Of a DNA stretch of 64,000 bases, positions 37,801-51,000 are shown one piece after another (position 1 is the stretch's first letter; each line of letters starts with the position of its first letter). Made by a program: the position numbers and the translations under genes. The notes below the pieces were generated by a model. That model was not told where the DNA came from. It saw nothing but the letters and a program-made list of their open reading frames with translations, and did no database searches. Origin of the DNA: Mobula hypostoma (taxonomy: Eukaryota); NCBI RefSeq assembly GCF_963921235.1, contig NC_086110.1, positions 930,001-994,000 of the forward strand, given 5' to 3'.

Positions 37801-38321
37801 ATCTGATCAGTGAAGAGCGGAACACCAGATTCCTTCCCTTATAGTAGCGCCCTTCACCTTGCACAGACTCACAAACTGCATTAGTAATAGGTCTAATATA
37901 ATTTGATTCGGGATGTCTTCAACACCGATGATATATCGCAGCATTCTATTTTTGTTGACTCATTCCACATACAGTTCCGTTAACTGCGAGACACTCCCGC
38001 CGCTTCGAAGCAATTCCCGTTTGTCTGAATGAAATGTTTTCGAAGATTTTAACCCTCAATTCAGTTTACTACTTATCCCGTACCCGTTTCCTGTGACGTT
38101 AATACACTTGTACAACACAAATGTATAGATGAAAGTAACTTCGCAAATTCTTTACCTGGATTTGGATGTGTAAAGTGTAATCGGTATACTTGTAGGTGCC
38201 TGGAATAGAAATATGATCAGGGTAAAGGAGAAAAAGTGAGGACAAGCAGAGATAAGATTGAATGAATTGTATCTGCAAATTGGTTACTTAGTTTCGAGCG
38301 GCAACAGCGAATATCTGACAT

Positions 38322-39590
38322 TGTCATAGTCCGGTCCGTGAAGTCCATATTCCGGTTCATGGTCCGGTCCCACGACCCTTGCTCCAGGTTTTCCCATCTA
38401 CCCTGTTTCTGTCCTTTTTGAGCTAATTGAGGTAGCTGATGCTAGTTGGGACTGACTGTATCAATACCACCAGAGACCAGGGCGTGGTTGCTGGATTGTT
38501 CTTGTTCTTACTCCTTGTATCCCTTCCTCTGCCTTCTGTTTCCTCGCCTGAAGCCCTGCCTTGTCTTACCAGTAATTCTCGCCTCGCCAGAAGTTCTGTC
38601 TCGCCTTGCTTTGTCAGAAGCCCTGACTTGTCTTGCCGGTAACAATCGCCTCACCTGAAATTCTCGTCTTGCCTTGCTTTGCCAGTAGCCTTGCCTCATC
38701 TTGCTGTCTGGTCCTGAAGCCACCCTGTTTCTAACTCCTTTCCTGTCCCTTGCCTCCACCCAGGTAAGCCAGGCCGTCTTGCCGTTACTTGGGGTTACTT
38801 TTGTCCCTTCCTGTCCCTTGCCTCCGCCCAGGTAAGCCAGGCCGTCTTACCGTTACCTGGGGTTGGTTCTGTCCCTTCCTGTCCCATGCCTCTGCCGGGT
38901 GGTGATCCGCGCCATGCCCAGGAGTACCGTGCCCTGCCCAAGTGATCGGCGCCCTGCCCAGGTGATCCGCGCCCTGCCTCCAGCCTCGTCTCGCCTCAAT
39001 TCTCCAGCCTCCAGCCTCGCCTCGCCTCAAGTCTCCAGCCTCCAACCTCGCCTCTACTCTCAAGTCTCTTGCCTCCAGCCTCGCCTCTAGTCTCAAGTCT
39101 CCAGCCTCCAGCCTCGCCTCTAGTCTCAAGTTTCCAGCCTCCAGCCTCGCCTCTAGTCTCAAGTCTTCAGCCTCCAGCCTCGCCTCTAGTCTCAAGTCTC
39201 CAGCCTCCTGCCAAGCCCCGCGTCGTCTCTGGCCTAGCCTCGAGCCTGTAGACTCCAGTCTCTAGCCTCTAGCCATTTGCCAAGCCAAGTCAAGTCTCTA
39301 GCCTTTAGCTTCTAGCCTGACGACTCCAGCCTCGTCCTGCCTGCCTGCCAAGCCTCGTCCTTGCCTAATTCTGGGGTCCGAGCCAGAGGCAAGACCCAGG
39401 TACTGGGTTCTTGTCCAGTCTCTGGCTCGGAGTCCAAGCCCGGTCTCCAGGCTCTCCTGTTCAGTCCTGTTCCAGGTTCCTGGTTTTCATGTCCATGTCT
39501 TTGCCTTCGCCCTGTATCCTAGTCCTGTCCCTAGTACTTCAGTGCCTGTGTCTTGCATTTGGGTCCGCTCCCAGCCGTGCCCGAATGACA
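38322..39590. mobile_element. Solo LTR, TGTCA...TGACA, TSD GACAT
   Basis: GACAT at 38317-38321 and 39591-39595; homologous to 41117-42065. Confidence 0.88.
39040..39215. repeat. 33-nt minisatellite inside the solo LTR
   Basis: Unit CCAGCCTCCAGCCTCGCCTCTAGTCTCAAGTCT, about 4-5 near-perfect copies with degenerate flanks. Confidence 0.85.
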
Positions 39591-40399
39591 GACATTTCCC
39601 TTAACTCTGATGTGATTACTGCTACTATGAAATGTGTTGCTTATCTTTTATTCCAGAATAGCCGTTTACGAGTAAAAAGTAGATTATCGCCTTTTTTTTT
39701 ATCATGGCGCATTGGGTAAATTAATACGTAATGGAAATACCGTAAGTGGTTGGTAATTATAATTCTTACGCAGCGAATTACAATGTAAATTTTATAAGTG
39801 AACTGTGTTGCTGTATTTGAAGTATGATAGTCCTGTTCACCAAGAAATGCGACGTTGTGATGAGCATAAAGATATACATAAAACACTGAATTTGCTCTGT
39901 GGAAAAAAGCAGGCTCGTCAGAGGGAGCTGGGTAAGATCTCTGCATTACTTACATGCATGGCACAACTCAGCTTAGCATGCCCAAAACCTTTCCGGAAAT
40001 GCAGTTGTTTATCAGGTGTGGAAGCATAGACACGTGGCAAAAATATAGATGTTTCATTTAGTTTTCAGTGCTTTGAACAAAATGTCTGTCTAATAAAGTC
40101 ATAAAATGGCTGCGTTACACAGAGGAACAATTCCTTCGGCCCAAACGTCTACGCCTTCCAACTGGCCAATCTGAGATAATACAATTCTCATATATTTACC
40201 CATACTATTTTAAACTTTTGCAAACGCCGAAGCTGTCTAAATTCCAGAGAAATGTTCCAATTGCTCTGGCTCTATCATTTCCTCTGGTATTTCTTCCCAT
40301 ATAGTCGTCACTATTTGATTGAAAATCATGCAACACGTCACCTTTTTATGCCTTCCTCTAATTTGCTCTAAGTTTAAACTTCACTACCCTGAGAAAGAG

Positions 40400-42330
40400 A
40401 TGGATCATTCACCTATCATCACCCTAGTGATTTTACATATCTCTATGTTGTGTCTTCTCAGATCCGCACGCACCATTGGAAAGGAAATCTCAAACTATCC
40501 AGTCTTTCTTGATACGTTAAGCCCTCCAGCCTTGGTAACGTTTTTGGGCATCTTTTCTGGATCCCCTTAAGCCTAAATATGTCCTTCCAATAACTTGATG
40601 ACAATAAGTGCACGCAATTCTCCAAGCGTAGTTTTACCAACATCCATTATAGTTGCAACGTAACATCCCAGCTCTTTTACTCAATGTCTTGCCTGATGAA
40701 AGTAAGCATGACAAACGGCTATTTGGCCACATTGTTAAGCTGTATCTCCATTTTCAAGGTGCTATGCCGTTATACTTTCATATCTCTCTGCTTCTTAACA
40801 CTCTCCGGAGTCTTGCAATGACTGCATGCGTCCTGCCCGCGTTAAACTTTTAATTTGGATTTCTCTGAGTTAAGATCCATCTGAGATTTTGTTTGGCCTA
40901 CAGTCCTATTTGTTCGAGATGCTGCTGTATTCTTCAATATGGTTCTTCGTTGTACACTACGCAATCAATTTTGATGTCATCCGCAAAATTACTAACAATG
41001 TTAACATCATTCTCAACCAAATTGTAAAGGTTGATGACGAACGAATATGGACACAGCTCAACTCCCTGTGGCGCACAACTTGGCGTTGGCCTTCAATCTG
41101 AAAAACAGCCTGCATCTGTCATTGTACGGTCCGTGAAGTCCGTATTCCGGTTCACGGTCAGGTCCTTCGACCCTTGCTCCAGGTTTTCCTATCTACCCTG
41201 TTTCTGTTCTTGTTGAGCTAATTGAGGCAGCTGATGCTTGTTGGGGCTGGCTGCATAAATATCTTCAGAGACCCAGGCGTGGCTGCTGGATTGTTCTTGT
41301 CCTTACTCCTTGTATCCCTTCCTCTGCCTTCAGTTTCCTCACCTGGATCCCTGCCTTGTCTTGCCGGTAACTCTCGCCTCACCTGAAGTTCTCGTCTCGC
41401 CTTGCATTGCCTGACGCCTTGCCTTGTCTCGCCTCAGTCTTGTCCTGGAGCCACCCTGTACCTAGCACAATTCTTGTCCCTTGCCTCCGTCCAGTTAAGC
41501 AAGGCCGTCTTGCCGTCACCTGCGGTTGGTTCAGTCCCTTCCTGTCCCTTTCCTCTGTCGGGTGCTGATCCGCGCCATGCCCAGGAGTACCACGTCTTGC
41601 CCAGGAGGAACCTCTATCCTGCGACCTCCAGCCAAGCCTCTGTTCTCTGGCTTCTAGCCCAGCCTCTAGCCTCCCGCCTCCTGCAAAGCCTCACCTCTGG
41701 GCTCCAGCCTCAAGCCTGAAGACTACAGTCTCCTGCTTCCTACCAAGCCTCGCCTCAACTCTCCTGCCTCCTGCCAAGACTCGCTTCAAGTCTCTAAGAC
41801 TCCAGTCTCGTCCTGCCTGCCAGCCAAGCCTCGTCCTTGCCTAGCTCTGGGGTCCGAGCCAGAGGCAAGACCAAGGCACTGGGTCCCTGTCCAGTCTCTG
41901 GCTCGGAGTCCAAATCCGTGCTCCTAGCTCTCTTGTCCAGTCCTGTGCCGGGTTCCCAGTTTTCCTGTCATGTCCTTGCCCTCACCCTGTATCCTAGTCC
42001 TGTCCCTACTACTTCAGTGTATGTGTTTTGCACTTGGGTCCGTTCCCAGCCATCGCCTTATGACAGCATCTGCCAGTCATTCAGTCATACCACCAGACAC
42101 TTCTGCACCCAATTTTCTACCACAGCCTGGACTCCAAATGATCTAACCTTCTGTCAAAGGCTTTGCTAAAGCTATGTTCACCACCTGTTTTTCACCCTAC
42201 CTTCTTCAATCCTCGATGTCACCCATTCAGTAAACTGTTTAATTTACTGCTATCCCTAATGCCCATTAAGGACAAACTGATAGGACTATTTTTTTTCTTA
42301 GAAATACACATAAGTCCATTGAAGGTCTCA
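40400..42330 (-). mobile_element. Old CR1 fragment interrupted by a solo LTR
   Basis: Minus-strand VKLRLENCVHL.SSSYWKDI..L.GIQKR; CR1 sequence continues on both sides of 41117-42065. Confidence 0.65.
41117..42065. mobile_element. Solo LTR (same family as 38322-39590), TSD GCATC
   Basis: TGTCA...TGACA; GCATC at 41112-41116 and 42066-42070. Confidence 0.88.
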
Positions 42331-42884
42331 CCGTAGTGCTGCTACATGAATCATTTAAGCAATTCTACCCAGCTAAGAAGGAGCTCAACTCTAAGTTAGC
42401 ATATGGCGTAACTTGGAGACGGAACACCCTGTGGTAGGTGTCCCTTTATGTCGTCTGTCCGTCCTTTACAATATGGTTGATGTTGTGAGGCGCATTCCAT
42501 ACTCTTTGGTTAATAATCTCTATGCATGTTATAATATGTTAACATTATTTCTTTAATAGTCTCTGCAAACTTTCTTTAGACAGAGAGTGGTGAATGAGTA
42601 GGAATTTAGCCGCAGCCAGCTGTGGGGACCAACCCTTTATGTACATTCAAGGAAGAAGGTGATAGATTCTTGATCTGTCAGGGCATGATGGGATACGAGG
42701 AGAAGGCAAGAGATTAAGGCTGAGAGGAAAATCGGATTAGCCATGATGAAATGGCGGAGCAGACTCGATAGTCCAAATAGCTTAATTCTGCTCTTCTATC
42801 TCATGGTCTTATATGGTGTGAACAACTAAATTACCAATGGGAAAGAAAATAGATATTTTACGAGAAGAATGATGCATCTTGTAG

Positions 42885-43420
42885 CAGACAACATACACAA
42901 ATTCCTGGCCAGGCAGCATCTATGGAAATGAGTATACAGTCAAAGTTTCTGGTCAAGACCCTTTACATGGACTGAAGTAAAGAAGATGAGAAGTCAGAAT
43001 AAGAAGTTCGGGGAGGGGAGGAAGAAATACAAGGTGATAAGTGAAACAGGGCATGGGGAAAAGGGAAGTAAAGAGCTGGGAAGTCAGGCATAAAAGATAA
43101 AGGGCTAGAGAAAGTGGAACCTGATATGGCATAGCAAAAGCCCAAGAAAGAAAGTGGAGCGGAAGAGCACCAGGACGAGGTAATGTCCAAGTAAGCAGGG
43201 TCAGGGAATATTGGAATTAGGAATGGGAAATCGTAATGGAGATTTGGTGGGGAGGGGGGCGCATTACAAAGTTCGAGGAATCGATGTTCATACCATCAGA
43301 TTCAAGGTTAACCAGGTGGATATAGAGTGTTGTCACTTTAACTGAGTGTGGCCTCATCGTGGCAGTAGAGGCGGCCATGGTCTGATATATGGGAATGGGA
43401 AGAGAAAGTGGAATTAAAAC
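42885..43420 (-). mobile_element. Decayed Penelope 3' fragment
   Basis: Similar to 13198-13760; remnant SHSHISDHGRLYCHDEATL. Confidence 0.7.
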
Positions 43421-43639
43421 GTTGTCTTTGCTGCATTGCTGAATTGCTGTTACTTAAGGTAAGCGGAGAAGATGTGCTGTGTACCTGACTATAATTCACA
43501 GTTGTTGGAGTGGAACCCTGCAGTACACTCACAGCCTGAGTACTTGTTATTTCTCGTAGCTACAATATTTGTACATCTGAACGATTTAAGCTTCTGGTGT
43601 GTGATAAGGCCCCGTAATGGCGACATTGAATATTGAATG

Positions 43640-43895
43640 TGTGATGGGGCGGCACGGTACCATACTGGTTAGCACAGCAGTTCAATTCCTGCCGGCGATT
43701 GTAACGAGTCTGTACATTTCTCCCATAACGGCGTGGGTTCCATTCAGGTGCTGCAGTTTCACCCAACATTACAAAGACGTTGGATAATTAGTGATTGTAA
43801 ATTTTCCGGTGATTAGGCTGGGGGTGGCTGGGCGGTGCGGCTTGAAGTGCTAGGAGGGCGTATTCCAAGCGGTATCTGCATAAATAAATCAAATC
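43640..43895 (+). mobile_element. tRNA-derived V-SINE (HE1-like), decayed
   Basis: GGCGGCACGGT...TGGTTAGCAC head, GTTCAATTCC B-box-like sequence, V-domain-like GTGGGTTCC...GGTGCT...TTTCACCCAAC...AAAGACGT, AATAAAT tail. Confidence 0.65.
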
Positions 43896-44093
43896 AAATA
43901 AAATTTTTCATGTAGATACTTTCATAGGCAGTGATCATCAGTGTCTGTTTGTTAATGCTCATTGTCACACAGCTTCTACATATTATCCCTTTGTGATGAC
44001 CTGAATAACTTCTGTACCCCTCTCACTGTGCCTCCTAGCAACCCTGGCTCATTAGCTAGCTCTGGCTAACACCCAGGTAGCTCAGCTGAGCAT

Positions 44094-47000
44094 TGTAACG
44101 GTGAGAAGGTCACCTTCACTAAGCAACACGCGTCTAGGGTCGGTATGATTCAGTTTCAAACAAACAGCGAAGATGGAATATTCCAACGACTGAACGAAAA
44201 TTGTGTTGAATGCTGTGTAAATGCTGTCCCCTGCAAAGGTATCGTTTGCCAGGAAGTAACAGACATTACAGCAGCAGAAAATTAAAGTGGAAGTATATTT
44301 ACAGATATTTACAAACGGTTGGTAAGGAAAAAAACAGAAAAGAGCCTTTACAGTTAACCCAGTCTAAATGTGCACATACATTTTGGAGCTCATCTCTGAA
44401 GTAGTCGGGTGCTTCGCTTTCATTAACCGCTCGCTGGTGACACATTGTGTGTGAAAGATACGAGACAGAGTTCGAACTTCCCACCAAGACCATTTTGTAC
44501 CGACTGGCTAACTCAGGAGTGTTGGCATTACCTTCTTGGAACCATTCATCTGCACAAAACACTTCTTACAATGGCGGGATTCTGCGAGCAGCTTCCTTGT
44601 GCTACATTCCGAAGTACCTTCCACTTCTTATTACTGCCAACTAAAGACCCAAAACCAGTCTACTGTCCACCAGAAATCTGATTTATCCGGCCCTCTTGAA
44701 TGTCCCATGGCATCCCACTGAAGAGAATGCTACCGCACATTATCAGACAAACTCATTTGGCTTACACAATATTCCGCGGCAAAACAAGTGCTTCTTACCT
44801 CAACCAAAGCCAAAACACTAGTGGCTGAAGCTTAACTAACCAAACCAATGGCGTTTGCAGAAAAGCTACTAAAGTGAAAGTACCTCACAGCATAGCAGTA
44901 GGAATACAATAAAACATATTCTTAACCAGGCATTACATTCTTCCCCCGAAAAAAATAGTCATGTCCTCATGACTTCGTTACCCTTCAAAACTTATCAATT
45001 CATTATACATAATACAGTATTCAAATAAATTTCGTGACTTCAGAACCTTCAACCCATTTGTAATTGGAAGTAACATATCTCCCTAGCGGGTAACCACAAC
45101 ACTCGGTTCTCCCGGTGCATCATAGGCCAGCCTATCTGGGAGTTTTCTGACCCTTTCTGATTTCCTTATCCCATCTTCAGCTTTCACAGCCTCAGGCTCT
45201 CCTTGCGACTATTCCTGTTTACTTGCGGATGCCTCCTCCTGTCTTTCACTCGTACCTCCCGGCGACTCAGACTCCCTCCCTTCTAGCCCCTGAAGCTTCC
45301 TTCAGTTTAAACAGGTACTGCCAAATATCTTCAGCCTCCGCTGGTGCAAACTCGAGCGACCTCTCTCGAAAATGGCTCTCCTCTGTCACTCCAGCGACTC
45401 CTCCAGGGCGTAGCATGGCAGGTGTAAACTAGGAATACCACACACTTCCTTATTTATGCTCAACATCCTGCTGAGGAGGAACTTATACCTTCTCAAAAGC
45501 AGCTCTGGGCATCGGGTGAATGGATAAGGTCTTCAAAAAGTTCTCCCCATTTTTCTCCTGGCTCCTTTTTTTGACACAAGCAGTCCAGCAGTTCCTTCAA
45601 CCTAATAAACTAGGCAGAAAGTTTATCTCCTTCCTCCTTGAATGTGTGCCTAAACTTCATCATAAGATTAGCTGAACTTTCAGCAGTCCAAAAGCATTTT
45701 CCAGAGTTTACATACAGTTAGCTGGCATGGCTTACGGATTTTCTGCCTTTAGGAATTTCATATATCAGCCGCTGGACCCTTTAAATTATTCACCAGTCTC
45801 TGTTTCTTTCTTGTTATCTGACCACTGCCATTAATTCAGCGACAGCGATGTCTGCTCAGACAGAGCCTCATATTTGTCTTTCGCAGTGAATGTGGATTTG
45901 AGTCTGGAGAACACTCTCAGCCTATGATATTTTGGACATTCCACAAGTACACTTTGACATTTATCAACCAATCATGCGGTAGCCTATATCAGCTCAGAAC
46001 TTAAATCAACAGATCTTTTACTCTTTCACATCAAAGTCTTCTAATTCCATAGAAAAGAGAACAACTTTTCTTTAAAATCTTCACCCTCAGTTACGTTTTC
46101 TCCAAAACCAGAGATATGAACTGGCCATAGCTGCGACTCTCCAGGTACCCCGAGCCCTTCAGTTACGTCACTAGTAGTTGTATCACACACGGCCTTAATC
46201 TCTGCAGCATCCATAATAATATCCATCACTTTCCAGGAATAACTGCCTTAAACAGAGACATAAGCTGCTTAATGAAACTTTATACAGCTTTCATAGAGCA
46301 TTCTAACTCTGGATGAAAATATACCTCTCTCAGCGTGGCTCATAACAAACTTGGCTCGATAGCTAACTCTGGCTAACAACAACATGGCTCAGCAATGCAT
46401 GGGTAATGGTGCGAAAGCCACCTTCAATCATGTCAAAAGTCAATATGATTCGAGATAAACCAAACAGGGAAGTTGGAATATTCAAATGAGAGAACTGAAA
46501 TTGTAGTGAATGCTGAGTAAGTGCTGTTCCATACAAAGTTTTCATTGGCCAGAAAATAACGGACACTACACCAGCATAAGATTAAAACTGAAAGTATACA
46601 TACACATATTTCAGCTTTACCAACCAGTAAATAAGGGAAAAAGGAAAAGGGCCCAGTACATTTAAACCAGTCTAAACGTGCACATAAATGTTGGAGCTCA
46701 TTTCTGAACTAATCGGTTGCTTCGCTTGGATTAGTCACGCGCTGAATACACCTTCTGCATGAAAGACACCACCCACAGTTCGAACTTCCCTCGAATACCA
46801 TTTAGAAAGAACTGGCTTACTCAGGACTATGGGCACTCCCTACTTGCAAACATTCATCCGCACGAAGCACTTCATTCATCGGGGTCTCTCTTTCGGGTGG
46901 GATTCTGCGAGCATCTTCCCTTGCTCCACTCTGAACCACCTTCGTCTTCCAACCCCTGTCAACAGAAACCTGATTCCGCCCAACTCTCTCGAATGTTCCA

Positions 47001-47220
47001 CGTCATCCCACTGGACAGAATGTTACAGCACATTATCAAACACCCGATTGGCTAACAGAACATTCATGAGCTGAGCAAATGGCTCCTTATATCAACCAAG
47101 GCCAAAACACTAGTCTATGAAATTTAAGTAACAGAATACATGGCGTTTGCAAAATACAAAAATACCTCACTGCATAGCAGTAGAAACATAATAAAACATA
47201 TTCTTAACCAGGGCGTTACA
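44094..47220 (-). mobile_element. Ancient Gypsy element with PNMA-type gag between two diverged LTR-like repeats
   Basis: Repeats 44094-44937 and about 46402-47220 start TGTAA(T/C)GCC on the minus strand; PPT GGGGGAAGAA at about 44938-44947; gag remnants LWPVHI...EDFKEKLFSFL and YHRLRVFS...LVNNLKGPAAD. Confidence 0.65.
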
Positions 47221-47559
47221 CTTCATTTTCTGTTGAGTTGCGTACTGAATTAAAATCATACCATAATCAGCGAATTCCCATTTGATCTTGCGATTCACGT
47301 AATACTGTTGGTGATGCAGTAACACATAACTAAAATGACGGAACTGTCATGAAGGGCATCTGCAGAGACGAGCCAAATATGTTTCCAGAAGTGGATTTTC
47401 TTCTCTTTTATCTGCACATAGTTTAATTTTAACAAATACTTCATATACTTTAGTCAGGTTGTCCAAGTTGGAATAAATACATGAATGAGGTCTGAAACCT
47501 AATGTTTATACTGAATATCAGTCAGTATGAAACACGGGCACATCTGTGCCCTACAAAGC

Positions 47560-47895
47560 TCTCCCGGCCATCGAAGATTTCTTCCACAGGCAGTGTCTCA
47601 AGATCGGGGCATCAATCATTACGAATTTCACCATCAGAGACAAGCTCCTTTCACTTTACCACTGTCAGTGAGGAAGTGCTAGAGCTAAAGAACCCGCATT
47701 CAGAGTTGTAAGAATACCATCTCCCATCTGCCATCAAATTTCTGAATGGTCCATGAATTCATGAACATTATCTTGTGTTGGACTATTGCTCAATTTTACT
47801 TATTTTTGTAAACTTTTGTAAAGTTCATCTGGCTTGCACTGCAATGCTGCTGCAATACAACATATTTCACATGTATCAGTGATAAGCCTGAATGA
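47560..47895 (+). mobile_element. Rex/L2-like LINE 3' end fragment
   Basis: PSAIKFLN-like sequence followed by the common 3' UTR pattern. Confidence 0.45.
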
Positions 47896-48047
47896 GTATT
47901 ATATTCATAACCCACTGATAATTTCTGGGAATTACCAAGGCCCACAGATTTTGTTGCTAAACCTTGTGGGGTGGCAGTCCTTCTAATGAAGGAACTTTCG
48001 CAGTGCTGTTCGGAAGAATTTTACAGAAGTTGAAACCAGTGACGATG

Positions 48048-51000
48048 AACATAGAACATAGAACAGTACAGCACAGTGCAGGCCCTTCGGCCCACAACGT
48101 TGTGCCGACCCTTAAGCCTTGCCTCCCATATAAATCCCAGCTTAAATTCCTCCATATACCTGTCCAGTAGTCTCTTAAACTTCACTAGTGTATCTGCCTC
48201 CACCACTGACACAGGCAGTGCATTCCATAAGACCAACCACTCTCTGAGTAAAAAAACCTTCCTCTAATACCCCCTTGAACTTTGCACGCCTTACCTTAAA
48301 GCTATGTGCTCTTGAATTGAGCAGTGGTGCCCTGGGGAAGAACCGCTGGCTATCTACTCTGTCTATTCCTCTGAAATTCTTGTATAGCTCGACCGTGTCT
48401 CCTTTCATTTTCCTTCTCTCCAGAGAATAAAGCCCTAGCTCCCTTAATCTCTGATCATAATGCATGCTGTCTAAACCAGGCAACATCCTAGTAAATGTCT
48501 TCTGTACCTTTTCCAATGTTTCCACATCCTTCCTGTAGTGAGGCGACCAAACTGGACACAGTACTCCAAGTGTGACCTAACCAGAGTTTTATACAGCTGC
48601 ATCATTGCCCCGCGACTCTTAAACTCAATCCCTCGACTTATGAAAGCTAACACACCATAAGCTTTCTTAACTACCCTATCTACCTGTGAGGCTACATTCA
48701 GGGATCTGTGGACCTGTACCCCCAGATTCCTCTGCTCCTCCATACTGCCAAGTATCCTGCCAATTACTTTGTACTCTCCCTTGGAGTTCATCCTTCAAAA
48801 GAGTACAACCTCACACTTCTCTGGGTTGAAAACTATCTGCCACTTCTCCGCCCACCTCTGCATCCTATCAATGTCTGTCTGCAATATTTGACAATCCCTT
48901 ACACTATCTACAACACCGCCAACCTTTGTGTCGTCTGCAAACTTGCAAACCCACGCTTCTACCCCCACATCCAGGTCGCTTATAAAAATCACGAAACGTA
49001 GAGGTCACAGAACTAATCCTTGTGGGACGCCATTAGCCACAACAGTCCAATCCGAATGTACCCCCACCACCATGACCCTCTGCTATCTGCAGGCAAGCCA
49101 ATTCTGAATCTCCCTGGCCCAACTTCCCTAGATCCCATGTCTTCTGACTTTCTGAATAAGCGTACTATGTGGAAACTTCTCAAATGCCTTACTAAACTCC
49201 ATGTAGATCACATCAACTGCACTACCCTCATCTATATGCCTAGTCGCTTCCTCAATGAACTCTATCAGCCTTGTTAGACACGATCTGCCCTTCACAGAGC
49301 CATGCTGACTGTCCCTGATCAGACTACGATTCCTTAAATGCCCATAGATCCTATCTCTAAGAATCTTTTCCAACAGCTTTCGCACAGCAGGCGTAAGGTT
49401 AACTGGTCTATAATTACCCGGACTATCCCGACTATCTATTTTGAACAAAAAGACAACATTCGTCTCCCTCCAGTCCTCAGGTATCATTCCCGTAGACAAC
49501 GAGGACATGATGATCCTAGCCAGAGGCTCGGAAAGCTCTTCCTTCACCTCGTGCATCAGCCTGGGGAATATTCCGTCAGGTCCCGGGGACTCATCCGTCC
49601 TAATGTACTTTAACAACTCCAAAACCTCCTCTCCCTTAATATCGACATACTCCAGAACATCAACCTCACTCATATTGTCCTCACCGTCATCAAGTTCCCT
49701 CTTATTGGTGAATACCAAAGAGAAGTGTTCATTGAGGTCCTCGCTGATTTCCACAGTCTCTAGGCACATCTTCCTATCTATATCTCTAATTGGTCCTATT
49801 TTCACTCTTGTCGTCATTTTGTTCTTCCCTTTCCATGATAATACTGAACGCCAGGAAGCGGTGGTCACTGTCCACCAGATACTCCCCACTGAGAGATCTG
49901 TGATCTGACCTAGTTCGTTACCTTATACTAGATATAGTATGGCATTCCCCCTAGATGGCCTGTCAACATACTGTGACAGAAATACTGTGAAGGCAGATAA
50001 ATCCCCAGGGCCAGATGGTCTGCATCCCAGAGTGCTTAAGGAAGTAGTCCAAGAAATAGTGGATGCATTAGTGATAATTTTTCAAAACTCGTTAGATTCT
50101 GGACTAGTTCCTGAGGATTGGAGGGTGGCTAATGTAACTCCCCTTTTTAAAAAAGGAGGGAGAGAGAAACCGGGGAATTATAGACCGGTTAGCCTAACGT
50201 CGGTGGTGGGGAAACTGCTGGAGTCAGTTATCAAGGATGTGATAACAGCATATTTGAAAAGCATGTGAAATCATCGGACAAAGTCAGCATGGATTTGTGA
50301 AAGGAAAATCATGTCAGAAGGATGCTAAGAGGATGCAGAGTGACTTGGATAGGTTGGGTGAGTGGGCAAATTCATGGCAGATGCAATTTAATGTGGACAA
50401 ATGTGAAGTTATCCACTTTGGTGGCAAAAATAGGAAAACAGATTATTATCTGAATGGTGGCCGATTAGGAAAAGGGGAGGTGCAACGAGACCTGGGTGTC
50501 ATTATACACCAGTCATTGAAAGTGGGCATGCAGGTACAACAGGCGGTGAAAAAGGCGAACGGTATGCTGGCATTTATAGCGAGAGGATTCGAGTACAGGA
50601 GCAGGAAGGTACTACCGCAGTTGTACGAAGCCTTGGTGAGACCACACCTGGAGTATTGTGTGCCGTTTTGGTCCCCTAATCTGAGGAAAGACATCCTTGC
50701 CATAGAGGGAGTACAAAGAATGTTCACCAGATTGATTCCTGGGATGGCAGGACTTTCATATGAAGAAAGACTGGATGAACTGGGCTTGTACTCGTTGGAA
50801 TTTAGAAGATTGAGGGGGGATCTGATTGAAACGTATAAGATCCTAAAGGGATTGGACAGGCTAAATGCAGGAAGATTGTTCCCGATGTTGGGGAAGTCCA
50901 GAACGAGGGGCTACAGTTTGAGGATAGAGGGGAAGCCTTTTAGGACCGAGATTAGGAAAAACTTCTTCACACAGAGAGTGGTGAATCTGTGGAATTCTCT

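Noticed and set aside
30760-38300. TM or tail exons for copies A and A'
   Set aside because: Several AG-flanked hydrophobic stretches were inspected by eye; none has the right phase, donor and similarity to the B TM exon. A diverged exon cannot be excluded.
38980-39240. CRISPR-like array
   Set aside because: Head-to-tail tandem units without unique spacers, in eukaryotic DNA.
38785-39251. Repetitive ORFs (LEARLEAGDLR; PPASPLVSSLQ)
   Set aside because: They are translation artefacts of the 33-nt minisatellite.
38322-42065. One LTR element with two LTRs and a 1.5-kb interior
   Set aside because: Each LTR has its own distinct 5-bp TSD, and the interior is host DNA and CR1 without PBS, PPT or gag.
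42920-42980. Third hammerhead in a decayed Penelope end
   Set aside because: The core is degenerate (CATGTAA for CTGANGA) and the GUC site is lost.
45800-46230. L1 ORF1 remnant
   Set aside because: The motifs fit PNMA-type Gypsy gag better, and LTR-like repeats and a PPT flank it.
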